Shown: positions 19,614-29,526, counted from the stretch's first letter. The stretch: DNA of 64,000 bases from Myxococcota bacterium (GCA_965223415.1 OZ245002.1:3648001-3712000), one strand, 5' to 3'. The notes: generated by a model from the letters alone, not told the origin. Translations and numbers: made by a program.

Positions 19614-20267
19614 ATGGGACGCCTTCGCCTCCTGCCGGGCCTCTTGTTCCCCTGGCTCGCTGTGGCCGCCGCCGCCCAGCCGCCCACCGTGCTTCCGACG
19701 CTCAGCGTGGAGCAGGTCGAGGTGCTCGAGCGGGGCGAGGTCGTGGTGACCGAGCTGCCGCCCACCGACGGCGAGGGCTTCGCCTACAAAACCTACGGGC
19801 TGGTTGATGCGGCGCCGCCCGAGGTGTGGGCGGTGCTCCGGGATTGCGAGCGCCTGGACGAGTTCATGCCGCGCATGGCGCGGGCCGTGGAGACGGAGCA
19901 GACCGACGACTCCTACGTCTGCGAGACGGAGATCGCGCTGCCGTTCCCGCTCTCGAACCGGACGAACGCGGCGCGCTCCTTCCTCGAAGAGCTGCCCGGC
20001 GGGATCTTCAAGCGGCAGTGGTCGCTGGTCGACGGGGACTGGGACTACCACCGGCACGACGGCTCCTGGACCATCCATCCCTGGGGCGAAGGCGGTGAGC
20101 GCTCGCTGCTCGAGAACTGGATGGACAGCTGGCCCAAGACCGGTGTCCCGGAGTTCGTGGTGCAGGCGGCCCAGACGGTGCAAGCGCCCGCCGCCTTCGA
20201 CGCGATTCGCGAGCGGGTGCGGGTGGTGCGGCGGCCCGACGTGGCGGCGGGGCCGCCGGCGAACTAG
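19614..20267 (+). CDS. Secreted START/SRPBCC (polyketide cyclase-like) domain protein
   Basis: Signal peptide; VDAAPPEVWAVLRDCERLDEFMP and GSWTIHP motifs; C-terminal helix. Confidence 0.75.
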   Translation: MGRLRLLPGLLFPWLAVAAAAQPPTVLPTLSVEQVEVLERGEVVVTELPPTDGEGFAYKTYGLVDAAPPEVWAVLRDCERLDEFMPRMARAVETEQTDDSYVCETEIALPFPLSNRTNAARSFLEELPGGIFKRQWSLVDGDWDYHRHDGSWTIHPWGEGGERSLLENWMDSWPKTGVPEFVVQAAQTVQAPAAFDAIRERVRVVRRPDVAAGPPAN

Positions 20268-21478
20268 CCCGGCCCGTCGTCGCTCTCCAACGCCGAGGCG
20301 ATCTCCGCCTCGCTCAGGCCCGCCGCGCGCAGGACGTCCGCGCCGTCGGCGCCGAGCTCCGGGGCAGGGCGCTCGCCCTCCATGGCGTGGGCCGACAGGC
20401 GGAGGGGCGGGGCGACGGTCTCGAAGGGCCCGGTGCGCGGGTGGTCGACCCGCGCGAACACGCCGTTCGCCCGGGCCTGGGGATCGTGCACCGCTTCCGC
20501 GAGCGTGCGCACCGGCGCCCAGATGACCGGCTCGCCGCCGAGGGTGCGCTCCCACTCGGCCAGGCTCCGGCTCGAGAAGACGTCGGCCAGGATCGCCGAC
20601 AGCGCTTCGCTGTTGCGGTAGCGGCCGACGGCGCCGTCGAAGCGCTCGTCCGCCTCCAGGTCCGGCTTCCCGATGGCCCGACACAGGGCGGGCCAGTAGC
20701 GATCCGATTCGATCATCACGAGGAAGAGCCAGCGGCCGTCGGCCGTGGGGTAGTGGTTCCAGAGCGGATTGCGCGGCCTGCGACGATCGTGGGGCGGGGG
20801 ATTGTCGCCGGTCGTGAGGGTGGGCGCCGCGTCGTTGCCCTGCACGTAGAAGCCGATGTGCATCAGGTTGACGTCGACGACCTGGCCCCCGCCCTCCCGA
20901 TCGCGCATGCGGAGGGCCGAGAGGATGCCGGTGGTCAGCGCGAGGGAGGCGGCGTGGTCGCCGACCCCGGGGCGCTGCCACGCCGGCGCGGCGTCGGGCT
21001 CGCGCATCAGGTCCATCAGGCCGGTGCGGGCCCAGTAAGCGGCGTAGTCGAAGGACGGTGTGTCGGCCTCCTCCCCCTCGCGGCCGTAGCCCGTGAGCGT
21101 GGCCACGACGAGTTCGGGCCGTCGGGCTCGCAGCTGCTCCGGATCGAGACCGTACTTCTCGAGGCGTCCGGGCAGCATGTTCGTGAGCACGACGTCGGCG
21201 CCGTCGATCACCCGCAGGAGCGCCTCCCGCGCCTCGGCCCGCCGCAGGTCGAGCGCGAGGGAGCGCTTGCCCCGGTTGTCCATGTGGAACTGGGGCGCGT
21301 CAGGGAAGTCGCTCTTCCAGCCCAGGAGCTTCGGCCGCGAGTGGCGCAGTGTCTCGCCTCCCGGCACCTCGACCTTGATCACCTCGGCACCGAGATCGGC
21401 CAGCAACGCTCCGGCCGCCGGCGCCGCCACGAAGCTCGCGATCTCCACCACCCGCACACCCGAGAGAGGCGCCTGCAT
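20264..21478 (-). CDS. CaiB/BaiF family III CoA transferase
   Basis: PLSGVRVVE, LADLGAEVIKVE, NRGKRSLALDL, GYG...SFD, PGVGDH motifs. Confidence 0.92.
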   Translation of the reverse strand: MQAPLSGVRVVEIASFVAAPAAGALLADLGAEVIKVEVPGGETLRHSRPKLLGWKSDFPDAPQFHMDNRGKRSLALDLRRAEAREALLRVIDGADVVLTNMLPGRLEKYGLDPEQLRARRPELVVATLTGYGREGEEADTPSFDYAAYWARTGLMDLMREPDAAPAWQRPGVGDHAASLALTTGILSALRMRDREGGGQVVDVNLMHIGFYVQGNDAAPTLTTGDNPPPHDRRRPRNPLWNHYPTADGRWLFLVMIESDRYWPALCRAIGKPDLEADERFDGAVGRYRNSEALSAILADVFSSRSLAEWERTLGGEPVIWAPVRTLAEAVHDPQARANGVFARVDHPRTGPFETVAPPLRLSAHAMEGERPAPELGADGADVLRAAGLSEAEIASALESDDGPG

Positions 21479-21513
21479 GGCCCGGAGCATAGGACGGAAA
21501 CCGCGAGGACGAT

Positions 21514-23100
21514 TCAGGGGAGGGGGAAGACGTCGGCGGCGGTGCGGGTTCGGCCCAGGGCGTCGCGGTGGACGGCGTGATCGCGGGTGAACTCGGTGGG
21601 GGAGCGCAGGCCGGCGGCGGCCGTGAGCGAGGCGAGGCCGGCACGCAGCGTGGTGACGTAGTTGAGCACGCGGTACTGCTTCTCGTTCACGACGAGGGCC
21701 TTCATCAGGCGTTCGTCGGTCGTCGCGACGCCGACCGGGCAGGTGTTGTTGTGGCAACGCTGGGCCTGGATGCAGCCCACGGAGATCATCAGCCCCCGGG
21801 CGATCTGGACGGCGTCGGCGCCGAAGCACAGGGCCAGGGCGATGCGATCCGCGGAGAAGAGCTTGCCGGAGGCGATGATCTTCACCCGGTCGCGCACGCC
21901 GGCGCGCCGCAGGGCGTCGTCGGCTTCGACCAGGCCCGAACGGATGGGCAGCCCCATCGTGTCGGCCATCTCGCGGTAGGTGGCACCGGAGCCGCCCTCG
22001 CCGCCGTCGACGGAGATCCAGTCGGGGCCGTCGCCGCGCTGGGCCATCGCGAGTGCGAGCTCGTCGAGGCTCCCGGGTCCGCCGACCACGACCTTCACGC
22101 CCACGGGCTTGCCGCCCTCCTGGCGCATGCGGCCGATCCACTCGAACAGATCGTCGAGGTCGGCGATCATCGGGAAGCGGGCGGGGGAGTCGATCGTCTG
22201 CCAGGCCGGCACGCCGCGGATCTCCGCGATCTCCTGCGACACCTTCTCCCCCTCGACGTGGCCCCCGCGGATCTTCGCGCCCTGGTGGAGCTTCAGCTCG
22301 AAGCCGATCACCTCGGGAACCGCAGCCTGCTTGCGGAAGCGATCCCAGTCGAAGCGGCCCTCCTCGTCCCGCACGCCGAACAGCCCGGGACCGATCTGGA
22401 ACACGACCGGGCCGCCGCCGACGAGGTGATGGGGCGAGAGCCCACCTTCGCCGGTGTTCATCCACGCCCCGTGCGCCTTGCCGAGTCCGAGCGAGAGCGC
22501 CCGGATCGCGTGCTGGCCCAGGGCCCCGTAGGACATGCCGCTCATGCCCATGAGCCCGTGCAGCCGCCAGGGATGCGCCAGGTCGGCACCGATCATCGGC
22601 GCGAACGCGTCGTCGAGGGTCCAGGGCGCGACCCGGCAAGTCACCACGTGCTCGGCCCGGCTCAGGAGCCCGTCGTGGTCAGTGACATAGCGTTGGGTCT
22701 CGATCGACGGTTGGCGATCGAGGGCCAGGTCGTCCATCAGGGTGGGAAGCAGCCCGTTGCGCAGGAACCACCCGGGACGCTCGAAGTCGCGCTTCGATCC
22801 GAACGAGATCAGCGACTTCATGTACTTCCCGGAGAGCACGATGCTCTGGTAGTCGTCCCGGGAGAAGGGCCGGCCCTCGCGGTCGCCGTCGAAGAGGTAC
22901 TGGCGCATCTCCGGACCGAGGTGCTCGAACAGGTATCGAAGGCGACCGAGCAGCGGGAAGTTGCGCAGGACCGCGTGCTGGGTCTGGAAGCGGTCGTGGA
23001 GGTAGAGGCCGATCAGGAAGAGCGGCGGCCCGGCCATCATGAGGACGAGCAGTGCCAGGGTCGCGACCGACACCCACTCTCGAATCCAGGCCAGCTCCAT
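21514..23100 (-). CDS. FMN-binding glutamate synthase family protein (YerD-like) with N-terminal TM
   Basis: MSYGALG, NTGEGG, ELKLHQGAK, DGGEGGSGA, and the 3Fe-4S motif CIQAQRCHNNTCP. Confidence 0.9.
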   Translation of the reverse strand: MELAWIREWVSVATLALLVLMMAGPPLFLIGLYLHDRFQTQHAVLRNFPLLGRLRYLFEHLGPEMRQYLFDGDREGRPFSRDDYQSIVLSGKYMKSLISFGSKRDFERPGWFLRNGLLPTLMDDLALDRQPSIETQRYVTDHDGLLSRAEHVVTCRVAPWTLDDAFAPMIGADLAHPWRLHGLMGMSGMSYGALGQHAIRALSLGLGKAHGAWMNTGEGGLSPHHLVGGGPVVFQIGPGLFGVRDEEGRFDWDRFRKQAAVPEVIGFELKLHQGAKIRGGHVEGEKVSQEIAEIRGVPAWQTIDSPARFPMIADLDDLFEWIGRMRQEGGKPVGVKVVVGGPGSLDELALAMAQRGDGPDWISVDGGEGGSGATYREMADTMGLPIRSGLVEADDALRRAGVRDRVKIIASGKLFSADRIALALCFGADAVQIARGLMISVGCIQAQRCHNNTCPVGVATTDERLMKALVVNEKQYRVLNYVTTLRAGLASLTAAAGLRSPTEFTRDHAVHRDALGRTRTAADVFPLP

Positions 23101-23280
23101 GGTGTCCGCGTCCCCCTCCGGGTCTTCGGCCGGCGGCGGCTCCGAGGTGAGGCTCCAGCCACGTCGAAGGGGCGCGAGGCCTCTGGTGACGACTCGAAAT
23201 GGTGGGAAGCCCCCACCTATGGGTGCCTGGAACGAGGGAACTCCTTCTCCTCGCCCCGCGTCCCACCGATGAGGTGCTGC

Positions 23281-24384
23281 ATGCGTTACGTCCACCTGGA
23301 GGGGACCCCGGCCGAAATGGGGGAGGCCTTCGGAGAGGGCTTCCGGGCCGAGATCCAGGAGCTCTCCCGCCTGCGCACGGCGAACGCCCTGGCCCAGGCG
23401 CGGCTCTACGGAGGGCGCCAGGTCGACGAAGGGGCGCTGCTGGCCCTGGCCGCCGCGAGCCTCGAGGCCTGCGCCGCCTACCATCCGGACGGCCACGAGG
23501 AGCTTCTCGGGATCGCCCGCGGCGCGGCCCTGGCCCCCGAGGCGGCCCTGGCGATGGGCGGCCTCACGGACCTGCGCGACGCCCTGGCCTGGGGCGGGCC
23601 CCTCGAGGCCCTGGGCGGCTGCACCGCGTTCCTCGTTCCCGAGGCCCGCGCGGCGGACGGCCGGCTGCGGCTCGGCCAGACCTGGGATCTCGGCACGGAC
23701 AACCAGCCCTTCGTCGTGGCCGTGCACCGTCGGCCGCGGCGCGGCCCCGCGACCTGGTGCGTGACCACGGTGGGATGCCTCTCCCTGATGGGCATCAACG
23801 AGCACGGCCTGGCCGTCGGCACGACGAATCTGCGCACCGTCGATGCGAGACCGGGCGTGCCCTACCTGCAGCTCATCCACAAGGCGCTCGGTGCCCGGGA
23901 GCTGGGCGAGGCGCTTCGCTGCCTCGAGACGGCGCCGCGGGCGGGCGCGCACAGCTACCTGCTGGCGGACGCCCACGGGAAGGCCGCCGTCCTCGAGAGC
24001 ACGGCGACACGTTCCCACCTGCGGGTCCTCACTCGGGACTGCGAGGTCCAGACGAACCACTGCCAGGCCCGGGAACTCGCCGCCCTGGAAGGGGCGACGC
24101 CGCGGGCCTCCTCCGAGGCGCGCCTCGGCCGCATGCGCGGGCTCCTCGCCGGCCGCGGCCTGCTCGACGACGGCGCCCTGCGCGCCTGCCTCTCGGATCG
24201 GCAGGGGGGCGCCCTCGCGATCAACCGGGACGATGTGGACGGCATCAGCACGAACGCGGCCGTCCTCGCGACGCCGGTGGCCCGGTGCCTCCAGGCCTGT
24301 CAGGGCGCGCCGGATCGGGGCCGCTGGCTCCGCTTCGGTCCTGCGCCCGCCGCCGATCAGCCGGCGCCGATGGCGCCGGCGTAG
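23281..24384 (+). CDS. C45 family Ntn-hydrolase (acyl-CoA:6-APA acyltransferase-like) peptidase
   Basis: Autoproteolytic GGCT motif, GQTWD, GINEHGL, TNH; SD GAGG. Confidence 0.85.
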   Translation: MRYVHLEGTPAEMGEAFGEGFRAEIQELSRLRTANALAQARLYGGRQVDEGALLALAAASLEACAAYHPDGHEELLGIARGAALAPEAALAMGGLTDLRDALAWGGPLEALGGCTAFLVPEARAADGRLRLGQTWDLGTDNQPFVVAVHRRPRRGPATWCVTTVGCLSLMGINEHGLAVGTTNLRTVDARPGVPYLQLIHKALGARELGEALRCLETAPRAGAHSYLLADAHGKAAVLESTATRSHLRVLTRDCEVQTNHCQARELAALEGATPRASSEARLGRMRGLLAGRGLLDDGALRACLSDRQGGALAINRDDVDGISTNAAVLATPVARCLQACQGAPDRGRWLRFGPAPAADQPAPMAPA

Positions 24385-24851
24385 CTCGCGCTCTGGCCGG
24401 CGGTCTCCTCCACCTCCACGACCAGCCGATCGACAGCGCCTCCGGCCAGGGAAGGCGCCAGCTCGTTCCACAGATGCATCGCCAGGAGCTCCATGGTCAC
24501 GTTGGGCAGGGGGAGGAGGCGGGTGTCCGCCGCGGGAAGGCGGTAGCGCCGAGCGCCGAAGCGCACCTCGACCTCGTCGCCGTCCCGGCTCACCTCGAGC
24601 CGGGGGCTCTTCTCCGGGATCAGGGTGCGCTCGTCGAGAGAGGCGCACAGGGCCCGCAGGGCGGCCTTCACCTCCGCCACCGGCACGAGCAGGCCGTCCG
24701 GGCCGGGCTCCCTGCCCTCGAGCTCGGCCCGCACCCGGTAGTTGTGGCCGTGGAGGCGCTCGGCCTCGTCGTTCGGGAACAGGGTGAAGTGGGCGGCCGA
24801 GAACTTGAAGTCCTGCTTGGCCAGCTTCACGACGAGGCGGGGTGAGCTCAC
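24357..24851 (-). CDS. 6-pyruvoyl-tetrahydropterin synthase/QueD family protein (PTPS-III-type ExxHGH motif)
   Basis: FSAAHF, ERLHGHNY, NVTMELLA, VEETAGQSA motifs. Confidence 0.85.
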   Translation of the reverse strand: MSSPRLVVKLAKQDFKFSAAHFTLFPNDEAERLHGHNYRVRAELEGREPGPDGLLVPVAEVKAALRALCASLDERTLIPEKSPRLEVSRDGDEVEVRFGARRYRLPAADTRLLPLPNVTMELLAMHLWNELAPSLAGGAVDRLVVEVEETAGQSASYAGAIGAG

Positions 24852-24912
24852 CGGGCGAGCTTGGCGCGAGCGGCCGGCCCACGCCAGTCCCCGTCGGTTA
24901 CCCTGCCGGTGC

Positions 24913-25569
24913 ATGTCGCACCGAGGCACGATCGCCCTGCTCTTGGTGGCCTCGCTCCTGGCGGTTCCCGCCTGTGAACGGGGCGACGTCGCCGGGGCCG
25001 CGGAGCCGCCCGCGAGCCGCCGCGTCGCCTGGCGGGGCCGGCCGCTCTCCGCGCCCCTCCCGCGTCCGGACTTCGAGCTTCGCGACACCGACGGAGCGCC
25101 CTACGCCTTCGCCGAGAAGACCGCCGGTCGCCTTACGCTCCTCTTCTTCGGCTACACGAGCTGCCCGGACGTGTGCCCGAACCACATGGGCCAGCTCGCC
25201 GCCGCGAAGCGCGCCCTCGCCGAGGAGGACCCGGCCCTGGCGGCGGCGGTCCAGGTGGTGTTCGTCGGCGTCGACCCGGCCCGCGATACGCCGGAGCAGG
25301 TCGCGCGCTGGCTCGCCCACTTCGACCCGTCCTTCGTCGGCCTGATCGGCGACGAGGAATCGCTGCGCAAGGCCCAGCTCGCCGCGGCGGTGCCCGCCGC
25401 CGAGCGCGACGCGGGGGAGGGCCTCGACTACACGGTCAGCCACGCGTCCTTCGTGCTCGCCTACACGCCCGACGACCAGGCGCACCTCCGCTACGGGATC
25501 AGCACACGCAGCGAGGACTGGCTGCACGATCTCCGCGTGCTGGCCCGCGAGGGTTGGCCGGCCTCCTGA
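24913..25569 (+). CDS. SCO1/SenC family copper chaperone lipoprotein
   Basis: Probable lipobox VPAC; FFGYTSCPDVCP, VDPARDT and the conserved His in YTVSH. Confidence 0.9.
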   Translation: MSHRGTIALLLVASLLAVPACERGDVAGAAEPPASRRVAWRGRPLSAPLPRPDFELRDTDGAPYAFAEKTAGRLTLLFFGYTSCPDVCPNHMGQLAAAKRALAEEDPALAAAVQVVFVGVDPARDTPEQVARWLAHFDPSFVGLIGDEESLRKAQLAAAVPAAERDAGEGLDYTVSHASFVLAYTPDDQAHLRYGISTRSEDWLHDLRVLAREGWPAS

Positions 25570-25596
25570 GGCGGCCCCGGCGCAGGGTGCGCGGCG

Positions 25597-25672
25597 TGGC
25601 TCCCCGGGCAGGACTCGAACCTGCGACCCAGCGGTTAACAGCCGCTTGCTCTACCAACTGAGCTACCGGGGA
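25597..25672 (-). tRNA. tRNA-Asn (GTT)
   Basis: TCCCCGGTAGCTCAGTTGGTAGAGCAAGCGGCTGTTAACCGCTGGGTCGCAGGTTCGAGTCCTGCCCGGGGAGCCA; cloverleaf with encoded CCA; TAGAAT -10 just upstream. Confidence 0.97.
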
Positions 25673-25716
25673 AGAGCGCGGAATTCTAGGCCCGCGGGCC
25701 CGAAACGCAACGTGGC

Positions 25717-27048
25717 TCAAGGGCCCGAGGAGTCCGCCTCGGGCACCTCGACGGCCACTTCCCGGGACGAGGGAGCCTCGCTGCCGTCCTCCCGAATGCC
25801 CACCACCCGGAAGCGGTAGCTGCGGCCGGGCTGAACCTCCGACACCGCGAAGCCGGGCTCCTTGGTCCGGCCCAGCTCACGGGTTCCGAAAGTGCCGATC
25901 TGGAGCACGCGGGCTTCGGCGAAGCCCGCCTGCACCTCCGGGCTCCAGGCGAGCTCGACGGCGCCGTCGCGCACCCGGGCGGTCGCTTCGTAGCCGACGC
26001 TCTCCACCTCGATCTCCGCCGAGGCGCCGCTCTCCAGTCCGTCGCGATCCACGGCGACCAGGCGATAGGCCACCGGCTCACCGGCGCCTACCTGGTCGTC
26101 GCGGGCCTGGTTCGCATCCGCCGGGATCATGGCGACCTCCTCCGGCTCCCCCTCTGCGCGGCGGCGCAGCAGGCGGTAGGCGCGGAGGTCCGGCTCGACG
26201 TTGGCGGTCCAGCTGAGCTGGTTCGAGCCGAGGGCCTGGCCGGTGACGGCCAACCCGATCGGAGGCAACGGCTCGGGCTTGGTCACCGCCCGTCGCGCGC
26301 GGGTCGGCTCGCCCTGTCCGCCGGCCGCGTTCACGGCGGCGATCCGGTAGTAGAAGACGCGCAGGTCGCCGAGACCCTCGTCGAGGTAGGTGGTCGCGAA
26401 GCGTCCGGTCAGGCGGGCGAGGGGCAGGAACTCGCCGCGGGCCGTCGGGCTGCGCAGCACCACGTAGCCGGCCGCCCGGGGATCCTCTGACGGCGTCCAG
26501 CGAAGCGCCACCTCCCGCGGCAGCTGGCTGAAGGCCTGGAACCGCTCCGGCGGCGAAGGCGCCTCGGCGGTGCGCGCCGCCACCGCCTCCTCGCCCGCCG
26601 CGGCCAGGTGCCCATCCACGTCGAAGGCCCGCACCCGATAGTAGTAGGTGTGACCGTCGCCCAGGTCGGCGCTGCCCTCCTGCTTGGGAGAGTGGTCGGT
26701 TCCGCGATCGACCCAGGTGGTGCGGTAGCGGCCGGGTACCGAGCCCACACGCTCGAAGCTTCCCTCCTCGACGAGAGCCCTCTCGATGGCGTAGCCGCCC
26801 ACGTCGCCGCTGAGCACCGGATCCCAGCGCAGCGGCACGGCGCGCAGCTCCTCGCCGACGGCGACCAGGCCTTCCACCCGCGGAAGCTCCGCCGCCGGTT
26901 TCTCCACCAGGACCGGCACCTCCGGCACCGCCCCGTTGGTTCGGACCAGGCCCCGCGCGCGCTCGAGATCGAGGAGAGTCTGGCAGCCGGCCGTGCCCGC
27001 CCCGACGACGAGCAGGGCCGCGATCCAAAGCAGACGGCCGGCGGTCAT
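25717..27048 (-). CDS. Fibronectin type III repeat lipoprotein
   Basis: Lipobox TAGC; four FN3-like repeats (LRW...GY.I.R...YYYRVRA pattern); ATGA-coupled to the upstream gene. Confidence 0.85.
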   Translation of the reverse strand: MTAGRLLWIAALLVVGAGTAGCQTLLDLERARGLVRTNGAVPEVPVLVEKPAAELPRVEGLVAVGEELRAVPLRWDPVLSGDVGGYAIERALVEEGSFERVGSVPGRYRTTWVDRGTDHSPKQEGSADLGDGHTYYYRVRAFDVDGHLAAAGEEAVAARTAEAPSPPERFQAFSQLPREVALRWTPSEDPRAAGYVVLRSPTARGEFLPLARLTGRFATTYLDEGLGDLRVFYYRIAAVNAAGGQGEPTRARRAVTKPEPLPPIGLAVTGQALGSNQLSWTANVEPDLRAYRLLRRRAEGEPEEVAMIPADANQARDDQVGAGEPVAYRLVAVDRDGLESGASAEIEVESVGYEATARVRDGAVELAWSPEVQAGFAEARVLQIGTFGTRELGRTKEPGFAVSEVQPGRSYRFRVVGIREDGSEAPSSREVAVEVPEADSSGP

Positions 27049-28136
27049 CGCGAGCTGCTACCGCCGCCCGGCTCACCGCGCAGGCGCTCGAGGTTCTCGA
27101 GCAGGCGCTCGGCCCGGGCCGTGTAGTCGCGGGCCTGCTCGTTCTCCGGATCGATCAGCAAGACCTTGCGCCACTGGTCGAGGGCGGCCTGGAGGTCTTC
27201 CTGCTGGTAGTGCTCGCGGCCGGCGCGGAGCAGGTCCGGCAGGCGCGGCTCCAGGCGACGCCGCGTGCGCGCCAGGTGGTTCCTCACGCGGGGGTGGGTC
27301 GGATGGGCGCGCAGGGCGGCCAGGTCGTAGCGGATCGCTGCGTAGAGGTCCGAGGCCTTCTCGGCCGCGAGGGCGTTCTGGAAGAAGCCCTCGGCCCGGA
27401 TCTCCGCGTCCGAGGCATCGATCTCCCTCGGGTCGATGCCGGCGGAGAGGGCCTGCTCCGTGTCCTCCCCGACACTGCGGATCTTGTCGATGTACGAGAG
27501 GTAGCCCTGGGCGCTCTCGTTGTCCTCGTCCAGGGTCAGCACTTCGCGGAAGGCCCGGCTGGCCCGGCGCAGGTTGCCAGAGGTGAAGCCCCGGCGCCCC
27601 CGGGCCAGGAGCTTGCGGATCCGCCCGTCGAGGGCGGCCTCGAGCTCACGTTCGTCCGCCGCGGCCCGGGCGGAGAAGGGATCCAGGGCCCGGGTCTGCT
27701 CGAGGGCGTCGCGGGCGCCGGCCAGGTCGCCGGCCTCGAAGCGCTCCCGGAAGCGCGCCCGCGCCTCGGCGCGCTTCGCCTCCAGCTCGCGGACCAGCTC
27801 CTGCACGTGGGCCAGGGTCTCTTCGTCGTCCGGCTGCAGCTTGAGGGCCAGCCGGTAGTTCAGCACCGATTCGCCCAGCCGATCGCGATCCTGGTAGTAG
27901 GCGCCGCGCTTGCGGTAGCGCACCACCAGCTGCTGGAACTCCTCCTCCACCTCGCCGATGCGACGCTGGGCGGCCTCGTAGGAGAAGGAGTCGCCGCGGA
28001 TCCCGCGCCAGATCTCCAAGGCGGCCAGCCGATCGCCCTCCCGGTAGCGCCGCTCGCCGAGCTCGAGTGGCGTGGTGCAGCCCGCGACGGTGAGCGCGAG
28101 GGCGAGGACGAGGCATTGGCAGCGAGGCCCGATCAA
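27045..28136 (-). CDS. TPR repeat lipoprotein
   Basis: Lipobox VAGC; several TPR motifs (ALKLQPDD, VLTLDEDNESA, VLLIDPENEQA). Confidence 0.85.
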   Translation of the reverse strand: MIGPRCQCLVLALALTVAGCTTPLELGERRYREGDRLAALEIWRGIRGDSFSYEAAQRRIGEVEEEFQQLVVRYRKRGAYYQDRDRLGESVLNYRLALKLQPDDEETLAHVQELVRELEAKRAEARARFRERFEAGDLAGARDALEQTRALDPFSARAAADERELEAALDGRIRKLLARGRRGFTSGNLRRASRAFREVLTLDEDNESAQGYLSYIDKIRSVGEDTEQALSAGIDPREIDASDAEIRAEGFFQNALAAEKASDLYAAIRYDLAALRAHPTHPRVRNHLARTRRRLEPRLPDLLRAGREHYQQEDLQAALDQWRKVLLIDPENEQARDYTARAERLLENLERLRGEPGGGSSSR

Positions 28137-28179
28137 GCTCTCCCCCGAGACCGTTCGCCGCAGCTTCCCGCAGGGCTTG

Positions 28180-29526
28180 CTAGGCGCCGGCCTGGACGTC
28201 GACCGAGTATACGTGAACCGGCTCCACCCGCCCCGAGAGCTGCCGCTCGCCTTCGAATCGCAGGCGGACGACGTCCCGGACCCGGCGCTGGACGGCCTCG
28301 GACACCAGGATCTCGCCGGGTTGGGAGAGCTTCTCCAGACGGTGGGCGACGTTCACCGCGTCGCCGATGGCAGTGAAGTCCGATCGCCGGTCGGAGCCGA
28401 TCGTGCCCACCACGACCGGCCCGGTGTGGATCCCGACGCCCACCTCGACGCCGTGGGCCGGCGGGGGCTCGGCGGCGTTGCGCCTCGCCACGGCCCGCTG
28501 GATGTCGATGGCCGCCTGCACGGCCTGGGAGGCGTGGTCCTCGCAGGGGACCGGCGCACCGAAGTAGGCCATCACCGAGTCGCCGATGAACTTGTCGATC
28601 GTGCCGCTGCGGGCCAGGATGCAATCCGAGGCCAGCTGGAACACGTCGTTCAGCAGGCCCACCACGTCGCTGGCCTTGAGCCCCTCGGACAGCCGGGTGA
28701 AGCTGCGGATGTCGGCGAACAGGATCGTCACCTCGCGCTCGGCTCCGGCCAGCTGCGCCCCCTCCGGGCCCTCGAGGAGCGTGGTGAGCACGTAGTCGTT
28801 GACGTAGCGACCGAAGGCGCTCTGGATCCGCTCCTTCTGTTGGAGGGACTCGCCCATCTTGTTGAACGCCTGGGTCAGCTCGCCCACCTCGTCGTGGGAG
28901 GTGGGCGGGACCCGGGTGGCCAGGTCGCCGTCCGTGAGCTGCTCGACGCCGGCCCGGAGGCGCCGGATCGGACCCACCAGCAGCGCCACGAAGCCGATCC
29001 CGGCGACGACGCCCAGGACCAGGATCCCCGCCGCCACCGCCGAGAGCTGGTTCTGGCTGTCCGTGACCACGGGCGTGACCAGGCGGTCCAGGTCGAGGGC
29101 GATCTGGGCCTCGCCGATGCGGACGTCGCTGTACATCACCGGGGCGGCGATCCACAGCACGTCCTGGATGCGCCGCACTGCGGGGGCGTCGTCCTCGGCT
29201 CCGGTCTGGGGCTCGAGCACGAGGCCGGTCTCGTCCCGCGAGAGGGAGGCCACCACACTGCCGGCCTGGTTCAGCAGGCGCGACGCCACCAGGCCCTCCT
29301 CGGCACCGGCGTGGCCCACGAGGTTCTCGAGGGCGAGCTGGTCCTCGGCGAGGAGCGGTACCTTGGCGTCCTCCGCCAGGTTGGAGGCGAGAGCCAGGCC
29401 GCGCTTGCTCACCTCGGCCTCCAGGGCCGAGCGCTCGTGGCGGGTGGCCAGCCAGGTCAGGGCCAGGCTGGCGAGCACCAGCAGCGCCACCACGAGGGCG
29501 CTGAACTTGAACTGAAGGGAACGAAC
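28180..29526 (-). CDS. Class III adenylate cyclase with 2 TM helices, periplasmic sensor and HAMP domain
   Basis: TILFADIRSFT, DKFIGD, GIHTG, FTAIGDAVNVAHRLE (K/T residues for ATP specificity). Start inferred at GTT 29526 behind GGAGGAGG; the nearest canonical start is GTG 29493. Confidence 0.9.
   Translation of the reverse strand, partial: VRSLQFKFSALVVALLVLASLALTWLATRHERSALEAEVSKRGLALASNLAEDAKVPLLAEDQLALENLVGHAGAEEGLVASRLLNQAGSVVASLSRDETGLVLEPQTGAEDDAPAVRRIQDVLWIAAPVMYSDVRIGEAQIALDLDRLVTPVVTDSQNQLSAVAAGILVLGVVAGIGFVALLVGPIRRLRAGVEQLTDGDLATRVPPTSHDEVGELTQAFNKMGESLQQKERIQSAFGRYVNDYVLTTLLEGPEGAQLAGAEREVTILFADIRSFTRLSEGLKASDVVGLLNDVFQLASDCILARSGTIDKFIGDSVMAYFGAPVPCEDHASQAVQAAIDIQRAVARRNAAEPPPAHGVEVGVGIHTGPVVVGTIGSDRRSDFTAIGDAVNVAHRLEKLSQPGEILVSEAVQRRVRDVVRLRFEGERQLSGRVEPVHVYSVDVQAGA

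Noticed and set aside
23281..24384. Beta-lactam biosynthesis suggested by the C45 acyltransferase-like gene
   Set aside because: No NRPS/ACV synthetase or IPNS nearby; C45 hydrolases are widespread as standalone genes.
25560..25720. Genomic island integrated at tRNA-Asn
   Set aside because: No integrase, no duplicated tRNA 3' end, and no compositional shift seen.
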